This document shows positions 38,373 to 51,639 of a stretch of 64,000 nt of DNA, one piece after another. The stretch covers positions 53,382,001 through 53,446,000 of the forward strand of contig OX597827.1 of the NCBI GenBank assembly GCA_951406725.2, in the 5' to 3' direction. Below the pieces are notes generated by a model. The model did no database searches, was not told the origin of the DNA, and saw only the letters and a list, made by a program, of their open reading frames with translations. The stretch is from Octopus vulgaris (lineage: Eukaryota). The translations under genes were made by a program, and so were the position numbers. How positions within the stretch are numbered: position 1 is the stretch's first letter; each line of letters starts with the position of its first letter.

Positions 38373-39300
38373 TTAAATGATAAACTTCTGGAAAGTTTCA
38401 CAGATTTGTAAAGTTCCAGTAATAGACTGGATCTGTGGTCTTCGAATTAGCTTTCTCCTTTCTGGTTTTGAGAAGCTTAATTTCTCAAGATTAGTATTTA
38501 CACAGTGTGTTACATATCCCAGGGCCCCAATAATTACAGGTATAAACCCGAACTTGTAATATGGATAGAGTAACTGCAGGTTTCTCAATAGTTCAGTATA
38601 GGTGTTCTCCTTTTCACTGATCTTCAGCTAATTTACACAACTGTGCACAGTTTCTCTTCTCAATTGTGATTACATTTTATTGCGGTCTTCATTGGTACAT
38701 TCCACCAGTATCCCTCTTTATTATGAGTGGCTATAACTTCTACTATATTGTGGGTTCTTATTTCTTTGTCCTTGGGATTATCCTTCCGACGGATTTCATT
38801 ATAGAGTGTCCTAGCTACAACATCATATTTCATCGGTAGATAATACTGTGATGAGAATTTGGGACAACTGCTTATGATGTGGGTAATATCTTCAGTGTGA
38901 ACTCCACAAAGTCTGCATCGGTTGTCACATTTTATGGCCTTTACTGCATCTCTATCCCTTTTGTGCATCAGGTATTTGGTTGATACTCCCTGTTCCTGGA
39001 TTGCAAATGCATACCCTTCAAAGTGGGAGATAATAATATGGCTATTGGTCCACGGTAAACTGCTTTGATGATCGATGTCACTATGTGGAAATTATGTGTG
39101 CTTGTTAGCACTTTTCGGGTTTTCACATCAATGGCTCGGATCTCTTCAAGCATCTAAAAGAGCAACCCAAATATTGGTATGAGTACTGGCATTGGAAACG
39201 CATTATCGGTCACTGTTTTACTGAATGCAGAGAGTTCTGAGGTCCAAATTTTCTTTATTCGGCTGTAATTTTCTTTAGTGACATGTTTTGTTACAGGTGC
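38373..39300 (-). mobile_element. R4/Dong-like LINE remnant
   Basis: CRLCGVHTEDITHIISSC...MKYD, FIPVIIGALG. Confidence 0.75.
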
Positions 39301-39423
39301 CATCGTAAGATATAATTTCATCCACCCCTTAGATACTGTAATGTATGTATGTATGTATGTATGTATGTATGTATGTATGTATGTATGTATGTATGTATGT
39401 ATGTATGTATGTATGTATGTATG

Positions 39424-39485
<62 letters not shown>

Positions 39486-39774
39486 GCTATCTAGCTATCT
39501 ATCTAGCTAGCTATCTAGCTATCTATCTATCTAGCTATCTAGCTATCTAGCTATCTAGCTATCTATCTAGCTATCTATCTATTGAAATTTAAACTACACC
39601 AACAGGGTATTTTCCATGTATGTGTGTATATATGTATATGTGTATATGTGAGTTTATGTATGTGCGTGTGTTGTGTGTGTGTGAGTGTGTTGGGTGTGTG
39701 CTGATTTGTATGTTTTGTTTCATCTATGTATTTTCATACATGCATTTGCATGTCTTGACAAGCACATATAATAC

Positions 39775-40855
39775 TTAAATGATAAATTTCTGGAAAGTTT
39801 TACTGATCTTTGCAGTTCCAGTGATTGCTTGAATCTGCAGTTTTCGAATCAGCTTTCTCCTTTCTGGTTTTGAGAAGCCTGATTTCTCAAGGTTTCGTAC
39901 TTAGGCAGTGTGTTACATATCTCAGTACCCCAATAATTACAGGTATAACATTTAACTTGTAATCTGGATAGAGTAACTGTAGATTTCTCAATAGTACAGC
40001 GTAGGTGTTTACTTTCTCGCTGATCTTCGGCTTTATATTAACATCCGCTAGATAGCTGACTTCCACAACTGCACACAGTTTCTCTTCTCTGTCTCACTAT
40101 GTCAGTTCTATTATGTTTAGATTTTATTGAGGTTTTCACTGGGATATTCCACCAGTACTCCTTATTATGAGTGCAATGATTCCTACAATATAGTGGGTTC
40201 TTTTTCTTTAGCCTCAGGGTTATCCTTCCGACGGATCTCATTATACAGTGTCTTAGCTACATCATCATGTCTCATCAGCAGATAATACCGTGATAACATT
40301 TTCAGACAACTGCTTATAATGAGGATGATGTCTTCCGTGTTAACTCCACAAAGCCTGCATTGGTTATCACATTTTGGTGTTTTCCTTGCTTCTCTGTCCC
40401 GTTTTTGTATCAAGTATTTTGTTTGTATTTACTGTTCCTGGATTGCAAACGCTACCCTTCAAAGTGAGAGTTAGTAATCCGGTTTTGGTTCATGATAAAC
40501 TGCTTTGGTTATCAATGTTACTATCATATGAGCTTTCTCATAACATATTCAAGCATAATCTTCTGCTGATACACGCTCATCCTTTCACCTAATGATACGT
40601 TGCGCTGGAATCGTGTATCTTCTTTGGGCATGTATTCAAGGTTATCATACAAGGAATGCTGCTGAAGGAGCTGCTTTCCAAGTCTCATGGTGTTATCTGC
40701 CTCGTATATGCAAAATTTGATCAAGGAATGTACTTCGACACTTGGTAGTTAAGAGATGTTGCAGAAGGGATATGATTCGACATCCAAAAGCTGTTTGGAA
40801 CGATCGTAAGCTTCTGCCCACTTGTTTTTGTTTTAAGTGGAGGTGGTCTACATCG
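39775..40855 (-). mobile_element. R4/Dong-like LINE remnant (second copy)
   Basis: CRLCGVNTEDIILIISSC...MRHD; parallels 38373-39300. Confidence 0.75.
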
Positions 40856-41179
40856 CTATGTATGTATGTGTGTATGTATGTATGTATGTATGTATGTATG
40901 TATCTATGTATGTATGTATGTGTGTCTATATATGTATGTATCCATGCATGCATGTATGTATGTATGAATGTATGTATGTAATGTATGTATGTATGTATGT
41001 ATGTATGTATGTATGTATGTATGTATGTATGTATGTATGTATGTGTGTCTATATATGTATGTATCCATGCATGCATGTATGTATGTATGTATGCATGAAT
41101 GTATGTATGTAATGTAATGTATGCATGCATGCATATATGTATGTATGCATGTATGTATGTATGTATGTATGTATGTATG

Positions 41180-42189
41180 CATTTGATATGCTGAAGTCGA
41201 TATGTAGCATATGTTGGTTTCTGGAACAGCGTTTCTGTTTTCCTCAGACTAATGGAGCGGCCTAAGACCTGGGCTGCTTTAGCAAAGCTAGACACGAACC
41301 TTCCTGCGAGCAATGAGTCAGTTAAGGTTGAATATGTACCTGTCAGTGTGGAAACGGACGTAGGTTTCTCTCGTGCACGTACTGTTTGGCTTTCCTCTGC
41401 ACTGTTTCACACCATTCTCAATTGAGAATGGATCGAACACTTCACTTACTTTATGGGTGTCATTTCCAATGACACATCCTTGAAAAGGATGTTGACAATC
41501 GCATTGTCAAAGCCAATATCTCCCGCACACTGCACATATCCACCAAAATCAAAGTATACAAGGCAGTCATCATCACTACTCTTCTCTATGGGTCAGAAGC
41601 TTGGATGCTGTGCAGGAGGCAAGTCAAGCTGCTAGGATGCTTCCACCAGAGATATATTTGCTTCATCATGAACATCTCATGGAAGGAACATATTACCAAC
41701 AACGAAGTCCTTCGGCAGATCAACGTCCGTAGCATTGAAACCATGTTGCTGCTCAGATAGTTCAGATGGGCAGGCTACATCTTACACATGATCAAATCCA
41801 AAATGCCGAAGGCCATATTCTACGAGTTCAGTCAGAGCGAAAACAACAGAAGAGCCACTCTCGGAAGCGTTTCAAAGACCAGCTGAAAGCAGCAACCAAC
41901 CCATATAGGAACGACTTCCATACATCGGGAGGAAGTCGCAGCATAGAGGGAAGTGTAGAGTGGTTACATCCAGACCGTTACAAGCAATTTTGAGAAAACC
42001 AGAGCAATTACGGTGACAGAAAAACCAAAGAACGATAGTCATCGTCACAACCCACATCGGACGAAAGCCTCAATATTTGTCCTAAATGTATCAGAGTCTG
42101 TCATTCGAGGATCAGTTTACATAGCTCGGTGCTCATTCTCATGATCTTCGGACACGAAGGACCGCAATCATCATCATCATCATCATCAT
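41180..42189 (+). mobile_element. RTE-like LINE 3' remnant with (CAT)n tail
   Basis: Degenerate LLYGSEAW, ISWKEHITNNEVL, RWAG and MPKAIFY; ends in (TCA)n. Confidence 0.7.
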
Positions 42190-42665
42190 GCATGTATGAA
42201 TGTATCTCTCTCTTTTTCTCTCTCTCTGGTAAGAACTTTGCTTCTCACCCATATGGTTCCAGATTCAGTCTCACTGCGCGGCACATTGGGCAAGTGTTTT
42301 CTACAATAACTCGGGCTAGTCGAAGCCTTGTGAGTGGATTTGGTAGACGGAAACTAAAAGACGTCCATCATGTATATTCTTTAATTCTTTTATATGTTTC
42401 AGCCCTGAGGCTGTGGCCACGCTTGGGCACCGGTATATATTATGTGTGTGTGTGCGCGCGCATGTGTGTGTTTTTTATTGTGAAACACTAGACATCGTCA
42501 TGAAAAAACCTGGCTGATCACGCACGCCCGAGTACGCATGCGCGCGCACACACACATACACACACACGATGGGCTTTTTTCAGCTTTCGTCAGGAAAACG
42601 CACTCACAAGGCTGTGGCTATAGTAGAAGACACTTGCCCAAGTTACTACGCACCTTGGACAAATA

Positions 42666-42709
<44 letters not shown>

Positions 42710-42828
42710 TAGATAGATATGGTTATCAGTAATAATAAAGGGTGAAATTAATTGATTTGGAATAATTATCAATTACACCAAGTAGATTTCGGTATGTAAA
42801 AGCCCCATTCGAGGAAAATTTAAGTAAT

Positions 42829-43047
42829 ACTAAGTAATTAAGGGTTTAGCAACGAATTGCCTCACCAACACACCGAATTTAGAAATAGCAGTCAAAGAGA
42901 TATAGCTATTCCTTCTACTAAAAGGGGGATCTCAGTAATACTGAGATCCCCCTTTTAGTAGAAGGAATAGCTATATCTCTTTGACTGCTATTTCTAAATT
43001 CGGTGTGTTGGTGAGGCAATTCGTTGCTAAACCCTTAATTACTTAGT
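42829..43047. repeat. Perfect palindrome, 109-bp arms, 1-nt spacer
   Basis: ACTAAGTAATTAAGGG...GATCTCAGTA A TACTGAGATC...CCCTTAATTACTTAGT, centred on 42938. Confidence 0.95.
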
Positions 43048-43049
43048 GT

Positions 43050-43119
<70 letters not shown>

Positions 43120-43122
43120 GTA

Positions 43123-44306
43123 TTAAGTTGCCAACTAAGTTCCCGCGGGGTTTTTTTAAATTTAAATTTTTTAAAAGGTTTAATAAAAAATAACAACTAA
43201 TTAATCGATAATGTATTCACCCTTGTTGTTTACAATTTCTTCCCAACGTTCAACAGGATTTTCAATACCTCGTTGGTAGAAATCACCCAATTTCGACTCG
43301 AAAAATTGATCCAACCAAGCTCTCAATTCTGCATCAGTATTGAACGAAACTCCGCACATAACATTTGAAAGAGATCGAAAGAGGTAGAAATCCGTTGGTA
43401 CCAAATGAGGAGAGTACGGTGGGTGTGGCAGCACTTCCCAGTCATGCGTTTGAATGGCTTCCTTGGTCATATTGGCGATATGAGGGCGGGCGTTGTCGTG
43501 CAGCAGAAGAACTCCATGCTGATGATTAGGTCTTTTCTCTTGAATAGCCGTATTGAATCGTTCCATCTATTGAACATACAGTTCCACGTTGACCGTTTGG
43601 TTCCGTTCAAGCAATTTGTAATGGATAATCCCTTCCCAGTCCCACCATACGCACAACATCGTTTTACGTGGATGAAGATTTTGTTTCACGCGCGGTGTCG
43701 CTTGTTTACCGGGGCTAAGCCTTACGCTGCTTCATATTGATGTACAGGCACCATTTTTTTGTCGCCAGTAACGATTCGGTAAAGAAATCGTTGCTTGTGT
43801 CCATGAGTTAAGCGGTGACGAGCAAGCAAATCAGCGGAGATTGTAGCGCGTTGATTTTTGTTGTTGTCTCTTAAAGCATACGGAACTCATGCTCCATACT
43901 TCTGAACCTTTCCCATCGAGTGAAGATGCTTCTCTATAGCAGTGCAGGAGCATTCCATTTTCTCTGCCAGTTCCCTTGTCGTTTGACGAGAATTTTCGTG
44001 CAAAAGTTGGTTTAATCGCCCTTCATCGAACTCAACTGAATGAGGTGCGTCTTTGAGGTCAAAATTTCCTTTTTGAACTCGTCATACCATTCACTAGCGG
44101 TTCTTTCAGCTATGGCACTCTCTCCATACACAGCACAAATGTCGCGAGCAGCTTTTGCGGCCTTAGAACCTTGATTAAAAGCAAAAAGAAGTGGGTGTCG
44201 AAAATGCTCGTTTTTTCTTAACTTGACATTCCATTTTAATGATCTGTAAATAATGCAATAAATTCCAAACTTTAAAATAACGGCGGGAACTTAGTTGCCA
44301 ACCCAA
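43123..44306 (-). mobile_element. Mariner transposon, defective
   Basis: TIRs TTAAGTTGCCAACTAAGTTCCCGC / GCGGGAACTTAGTTGCCAACCCAA with TA flanks; LLHDNARPH and HPPYSPHLVPTDFYLF. Confidence 0.9.
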
Positions 44307-44307
44307 T

Positions 44308-44387
<80 letters not shown>

Positions 44388-44590
44388 TTTATCTTTTACT
44401 TGTTTAAGTCATCAGACTGCCACCATACAAGGGCACGATCTTGAAGAATTTTAGTCGAACGAATCAACCACATTGCTTACTTTTATGTCCAGTACTTATT
44501 CTATCGGCCTCTTTACGACGACGTAAACAAACCAACACCAGTTTTCAAGTGGTTTGAGAGACAAACACACACATGTGCACGAGCACGCAT

Positions 44591-44624
<34 letters not shown>

Positions 44625-44650
44625 ACGCACGCTTGCACACACACAGAGAT

Positions 44651-44683
<33 letters not shown>

Positions 44684-45475
44684 CATACATACATACATAC
44701 ATACATACATACATACATACATACATACATACATACATACATACAGATTGAGGGAGTGGAACGATTAAATCCAGGCTACACATATTTCTAGCTGATCCTC
44801 TGATGTAATAATTACTCAACAATTGGCATTATAACTTTCTTGTAATCAAGGTATTCTTAGCATGATGATTAGCTAAGTTGAGTATCCTTCGTTGAGTAAC
44901 TATTACATCAGAAGATCAGCTAGCTAAGAAACGAGTGTGGCCTGGATTTTACTCTTTCCTCTCACTCAATCTGGATTTTCATTCGCATTCAGAGACTTTC
45001 AGCTTATCAAATTTCCTCGTTACGTCGATATAGGAAGAAGTGTGTAACCTTCGACGCCAACGACTTTGCCTTTCATCCTTTCGGGGTCGATAAGTTAAGT
45101 ACCAGTTTCGCACTGGGGTCGATGTAATCGACCTAATCCGTTTGTGTGTCCTTGTTTGTCTCCTCTATGTTTAGCCCCTTGTGGGTAATAAAGAAACAAA
45201 TATATTGTTACTGTTCCCTATCGTACACTATCCACTTTTGTTTTCTATACCTGCCACGGACTACTTGAATTCCTACACTAGGATCCTTGGATCTTACCCT
45301 TATACACACACACACACATACACACGACAGGATTCTTTCAGTTTCCCCCTACCAAATCCACTCAGAAGGCTTTGGTCTGCTCGAGGCAAGAGTAGAAGAC
45401 ATTTGCCCAAGAAACTGAACTCAGAATCATGTGGTTGGGAAGCAAACTTCTAACCACACAGTCCACGTATTCGGC

Positions 45476-45510
<35 letters not shown>

Positions 45511-46195
45511 TAATGTGTGTGTGTATGTTTATGTGTGTGTGTATGTTCATGTGTGTGTGTATGTGCGTGTGTGTGTATGTGTATGTATGTGTGTGTGTGT
45601 GTGCAGTGTATGTATGTATACATGCATGAAGGAAAAGTGTATTTCTTTAATGTGTAAATGATGATCCACGCGGAACATTTTACAGAGTATATTTTAACAT
45701 TATCTTTTGTGTTTGTTCGTTTTCATATTCGAATACAAACATGTTTCTACATAAATTTCTTTATGTTCAATTATATAGTTTGCTATAGACTTTCATGCGT
45801 CTTTTTTCTTTTATATTATATTTGACAAACGTCTTTAAAAGTACTGGCAATGAAGGGGAAATCACTTCATATTTTACTATAGATTACACTTGTACGCAAA
45901 CTTCCATGTGAACGGAGAAACACGTTTTAAACATTCAAATGGGAACTAACATGCAAGCTTTAACCAAATCAAGATTAGGAGTGGCTTCCCTTTGATTACT
46001 TCCAATTTTTAAAACCATCGCCAAATAGGTATATTTAAATGAATAATATAATCTTTATTAAGTTAGAATTTTCCTATATTATGAAACTAATGTTTCGTCG
46101 TTCATTATTTTAATGTCATTACATTTCTATTATAGTTGCAAGAAGACTTATTATCGACGGAGCAAGCGTCTTCAATCTACCAATGCTACATTCGG

Positions 46196-46421
46196 TTAAG
46201 GGCGGCGAGCTGGCAGAATCGTTAGCACGCAGGGCGAAATGCGTAGCCGTATTTCGTCTGCCGTTACGTTCTGAGTTCAAATTCCGCCGAGGTCGACTTT
46301 CCCTTTCATCCTTTCGGGGTCGATAAATTAAGTACCAGTTACACACTGGGGTCGATATAATCGACTTAATCCGTTTGTTTGTCCCCTCTGTGTTTAGCCC
46401 CTTGTGGGTAGTAAAGAAACA
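46196..46421 (+). mobile_element. Family A SINE with 14-bp target site duplication
   Basis: AATGCTACATTCGG at 46182-46195 and 46422-46435. Confidence 0.9.
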
Positions 46422-46521
46422 AATGCTACATTCGGATGAAGACTGTTAGAAAGGGTTGTCAGAAAGTTATACAAGGTAAACTCTTTTTTGTATTCTCGAA
46501 ATAAAATTACTTGCAAATTAC

Positions 46522-46638
46522 CAATCAAAGCACTGGAAAAAGAAAATGCCTGGCCTATACAGTTTAAAACTGAACTACACAAGAACACTGTGGACATCAA
46601 AAAGAAGCCATTGTTCCTTTCAACATCAGGAGTTTTGA
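46522..46638 (-). CDS. Candidate host-gene coding exon (117 nt, phase 1-1), hydrophobic peptide
   Basis: ttcattatag| (V)KTPDVERNNGFFLMSTVFLCSSVLNCIGQAFSFSSALI |gtaatt in apparently unique sequence; phase matches the exon at 49779-49929. Confidence 0.45.
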
Positions 46639-47097
46639 CTATAATGAAGCTTTAAAATGTTTATTTTTCTTTTTATTATTATAAATCTGCAAGATGCTAT
46701 ATACTGGCAAATAAAAGATAGAATCCAATGAAAGGCTTTTAATTACAGATACACTAAAATTACTGCCATTAAAATAACCTAATAATTAATCAATCAATGA
46801 TTTTCTACTAATCATTCTTAAGCGTCTTTCTGTCATTTGAATAGGATGAAAGAAAATCTGGAAGAAAACATCAAATTTAATTGTATTTCTGGTTTATCAC
46901 CATCGGAGGTAATTTAGATCAATTAAGAAGTTCACGTGAATTAAGGTGCTATCCTGAAATGAAATACTCTGAAATAGTCACTCAACTTTACAATAAGAAA
47001 TGCTAATTACAGGCAACTGATAGCTTATATAGGTTTCAACAAATTTCAGTTGTAATAAAAATTCCACCCCAAATAGTAACAGCGGCACTTATAATTA

Positions 47098-47594
47098 CAT
47101 GGAAAAATGCGAGCATGAAAAGTAATATTCTTGAGATTATAAACCTGGAAAAGTACAGGACAAGTTATTACACCAGTAAAAGAATAGGACAAACTATTAC
47201 TTCATGTAAACTTTTTACTTCAAATATTGCAGTAAAGAATGCCATTTCTTCTAATTTATCACTCTTTACAGTTCTCATCTTTTAAATTTATTGTACAAAA
47301 CTGTTCAGCTAATTTGTAAGTTGGTCTAATTAGTCACATTTTCAGTATTTAAGGTAGTAAATTAGCAAAATTCTTCTCAAATAAGTATAGTGTTATTTGT
47401 AAACTATAATAAAATATTTTTTGATATTCAAATTTTAATTTTAGACGAAATATTGTAAGTAAAAAGTTTCTTATTCTTTACTTTACTTGACGTAATAGTT
47501 TGTCCTATATTTTTACAGGTGTAATAACTTGTCCTGTATTTTTCCAGGCTTATAATATTAAGAATATTACTTTTCATGCTCGCATTTTTCCATG
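47098..47594. mobile_element. MITE (same family as 4475-4972, opposite orientation), TA-flanked
   Basis: TA|CATGGAAAAATGC...GCATTTTTCCATG|TA. Confidence 0.85.
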
Positions 47595-48016
47595 TAAGCC
47601 ATGATTTTTCCAGGCATTGCTGTTATAAGATAATTAATAATGTGTCAATTAATAATTTAGGATTTTACCTTATAAAATACTGGGCAGGGAGATACATTGG
47701 CTGCTATTTTTAGCGTGTCGAGCGACCAGGAAGAAGCACTTTCATTGGTTTGGTTGCGTGATGAGATTTTTTTACACATATATGTGTAATATGCATATAT
47801 ATCATCGGCAGAAGTTAGAGAGTAAGTCAAAACCTGAGAGTTTCATGTATTGGCACTTATCAAACACGAATTTGTCCACTGTCACTCTGTAACTCGTGAC
47901 GAAATAACTTCTAAAACACAACATTTTGTCAAAAACGTTAAGAGCAAACCCTGTTGTATGTAGCACATTTTACCAGTATCGGAAGTTTCAAAGTGCTTGG
48001 TTAAAAAAAATTATCT

Positions 48017-48532
48017 TAAATCCTCGAGTATAATTCACATTTTCCCCCCAAAATTTAAAGGTCAAAATCCTTAGTGCGTACTATATACGATGTTAAAAAT
48101 GAAAAATATTTCCTAAGCAATATCCGAGTCTTTATTTGCTATCCGGCAATGTTCATTTAGACGCATTTTGTGATGTCGGGCGCGAAAATACCTTAAGCTA
48201 AGCCTGAAAGCAATGAAGTCATAAAAGAATCATCCATAACTTGCAGTAAGCAACATTTATTAAAATAAAAGTATTCAGAACACAGAATAACATGTAACAA
48301 AAACAATTTGCAAACATTTACATTCCCATATAACAGTTAAGAACATCACCATTATTGTATTACGCATGCACAGAAGTGTTTGTTCGACTATTTGCTGCTG
48401 GCTTAATTACGCACGACTGAAGATAGAGAAGGGGTGCGTATTATACACAAGATTTAGGTTTTTCAGAGGTACAGCCCCCAAAAATCCCTTGGGTATTATA
48501 CTCAAGGGCGGACTATACTCGAGGATTTACGG
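48017..48532. mobile_element. Tc1/mariner-type (pogo/Tigger-like) MITE
   Basis: TIR TAAATCCTCGAGTATA / TATACTCGAGGATTTACGG|TA. Confidence 0.65.
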
Positions 48533-49342
48533 TAATTAAATAATCTGTACGTCAAATTGAATAGATCCGAAATGGATTAAAAGAAATGTCGACATCAGCG
48601 GAATTTGAACTCAAAACATAAGCACAGGCAAAATACCGCTGAGCATTTCGCCCGGCACGCTAACGTTTCTGCCAGCTCGCCGCCTTACCACGAAAGCTTT
48701 AATTTTAGCAATATATTCTTTAATATTCTTATTGATAAGCATTATTCCTTTACACTCTTACACGAAATTTCGTAGTATTTCACCCCATAGATTTTCTTCT
48801 ACTAATTTTTGTTCAATTCGGCTAGCGACTCGGAATTCTTCATCCATTTTTCTAAGAAAAGTATACTTTTTTTTTTAAATTTAAAAAGTTTATGTTAATT
48901 TAAGGTGAATAGGTGCCTTACTGACCCCTTGAAGTTGCAGATATTTTGATGTATCTTTTTTTCAACTGAAACAAATCTCAAACTATTTATGCCAAAAGTG
49001 TAGCTGAGGAAGTGTCCTCATTAAAACTGTTAACAGTTTTCAATTTAGTTGAGAACTGAATTAGTGGTGAAGCTTGGAGGCTGCTGCGATTGACGAAATG
49101 GTGGACTTAAGAATATTTTCAACACTACCGCGGTTGAATGATGATGTGAATATAGTGAAATCTTGTGAAATTCCGTGTGCTGGCAGAATCGTTAGCACGC
49201 CGCGCAAAATGCTTTACAACGTTTCGTCCTTCCTTACGTTCTGAGTTCAAATTCCGCCGAGGTCGACTTCGCCTTTCGGGGTCGATAAGAAAGTACTAGT
49301 TGAGTATTTGGATCGATACTGTTAAGAGCAAATATTATTAAA

Positions 49343-49560
49343 TTGTGTCTGGGGAGAGTCATTCTCTTTTTGTGCTTTATAATTTAATACACTCACCGGT
49401 AAAATTTCCACTTATTTCTTTTTTATTTTTCTGAAATTTTCGTTGCGTCTTGCCACCTTTTTAATAGTTTTGAAAAATAGAAAAGAAATAAGTGGAAATT
49501 TTACCTGTGAGTGCGTTAAATTATAAGCCACTAAAAGAGAATGACTCTCCCCAGACACAA
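49343..49560. repeat. Fold-back inverted repeat (~87-bp arms)
   Basis: TTGTGTCTGGGGAGAGTCATTCTCTTTT... / ...AAAAGAGAATGACTCTCCCCAGACACAA. Confidence 0.9.
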
Positions 49561-49778
49561 CAGAATATGCTTCAACACACGAACTCACATATAAAGAATC
49601 TTGAAAAGCAAATTCAAAAATGAAATATTAAGTTTAAAGTTATACGCGAAGAATGGAATTAGTTCAGTTAGACGTGTTCCATTTCATTTACAAGATAAAT
49701 TTTAAAATGAGGTGCAAATATTTAAAATGATGGGTATTATTACATCATTAGATTACGCAGGAATCAGACGTACCTTAC

Positions 49779-49929
49779 CTTTGATCAAATTAAGAAAAAA
49801 AGATATGACTTCTACGTATTTGAACTGATTCCAAGGCACAAGTAATGGTACATATTGACAATATTCTTTTACTAAACCACCAATTGATACAATTTTCTGT
49901 GGCATGATAGGTGCAACATCTTTGTACAT
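49779..49929 (-). CDS. Candidate first coding exon of an unidentified host gene
   Basis: ATG at 49929 after an in-frame TGA; MYKDVAPIMPQKIVSIGGLVKEYCQYVPLLVPWNQFKYVEVISFFLNLIK; strong donor AAG|GTAAGG, phase 1. Confidence 0.45.
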
Positions 49930-51639
49930 TTTTCTTAACGCTTGAATTCAAGCGTGATGGCAAATGCTTGTAGCTTAAGAGATGTACTAATTGTTTACAA
50001 TTAACGTAAAAACACCAAATGAGTCTTGAGAATTTAGCTGGCGTTTTACAGAATTATATGGAACTTATACAGAAGGAGGTTGTGTGTACCAGAGTATGTC
50101 AAAATGAATACTAGTATGTCAAATACTATACAACCAAAACTTTTGATTTATTTAAATTATCTCCGTCTGTAGATGCTGTATCATAATTACAAGACGGTAA
50201 CTATGACCATTTCTACATGAGAAGGGAAGATAATCCAAATATTCAAGTATTCTCCAAAATGGACATGCCATTTAGGGAAAGGACAGGTTTAATGCCTTGA
50301 GATCAGAGGACTGTGGAGAACTCTGACTCAATAACATTTATCAGCACAGCTGCCTAGTCATATTTCCAGCACCCAAAGGATTTAAACTTATACGAAACAG
50401 AGTAGAAAACAGTTATGGTTTAGGTAATATGCATAATTTAAACAAAAATAAGTTAAGAGAAACAACTCAAAGCGCCTAGTGACATGTATTCGAATAACAG
50501 ACAAATATCTATCTTAAATGTCATACAACAAAAATTCTTGACTTATTAAAATTATCTCCGCCTCTAGATAAGGATGTATAATACTTATTAAGGTGGCAAT
50601 TATCATCAGTTCTACATGAGAACGGCAGACAGTATCCTCAACTCTCTTCTTATCTCCAAACAATAGACCTGTCCTTTTCCTTAATGGCATGTCAGTTTGC
50701 GAAAAATCTTGAATCTTGAGATTATCGCCCCTTTTTAATTGGGGCTGGTCACTGTTACTACTTTGTAATTACTATTTTGTAATTCTGACACATCCTCTAG
50801 AGGCGGAGATAATTTTCATAGATAAAGAATTTTTCTTTTTTGGTAATTAACCAGTATTTGTCTGTTATTAACTGCTAATTAACCAATATTTTTGGAAATT
50901 AACATGTATTTAACATTTATTGAAATACATGCCACTGGCCACTTCGAGTTGTTTCTGTTTGTTCATTTTTTAATATGAAGATGATATCTTTATGTATACT
51001 ATCCCTGAAGGAAAGTCAATTAACAGAGAAATTACTCTAGTTTCTAGATTAACTAAGGTGCAAATTCCTAAAGAAAAGTCATTCTCCAGAAGAACAAAAC
51101 TAGTTTTTCAAAGGTTGAATATATTTAAAAAAAGAATTTCTCAGTCTCAACAGTAGTAGTGAAATTAAAACATAAAGGCGTTGACATCAAAAGAGGACAT
51201 TGGAAAGATATTTGACTGAACAAACTACTATAGAAAATGTATATCCGGCATATGCTGAGAAAATTGAACCAGTTGTTTCAGCTATATCAAAAGAGTTCAA
51301 GTGAGATAAAAAGGAACAAAAGATATTTAAAATATTTATCATTCATCGTTCTGACGCCCATGTTCTGCTGTTACATGAAAAAAACAAAAAAAAAAAAGAA
51401 AGAAAACAACGTGTCTGTTGTTGTGGATGTACCGAATTACGCAGTGTATGCGTGTTATCCTAGGTTGGACAGCGAGCAGACTTCATGAATTATATTTTTA
51501 CTCATTCACTACGGAATTAGTCAAACATTATTAGAAGTTAAAAATCCCTTCTCTTTAGCAAGTATTCACCCCAAATTTGAAACTGTATTCATTTTTGGGA
51601 TAGTGTTTAAATCATCTTTTTTTTTTTAAACATGCGGGT

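Noticed and set aside
46522-46638. Weak resemblance of the candidate exon to an ABCC/SUR transmembrane helix
   Set aside because: Only a few scattered identities recalled from memory, and inconsistent with a start codon 50 aa upstream; no gene name assigned.
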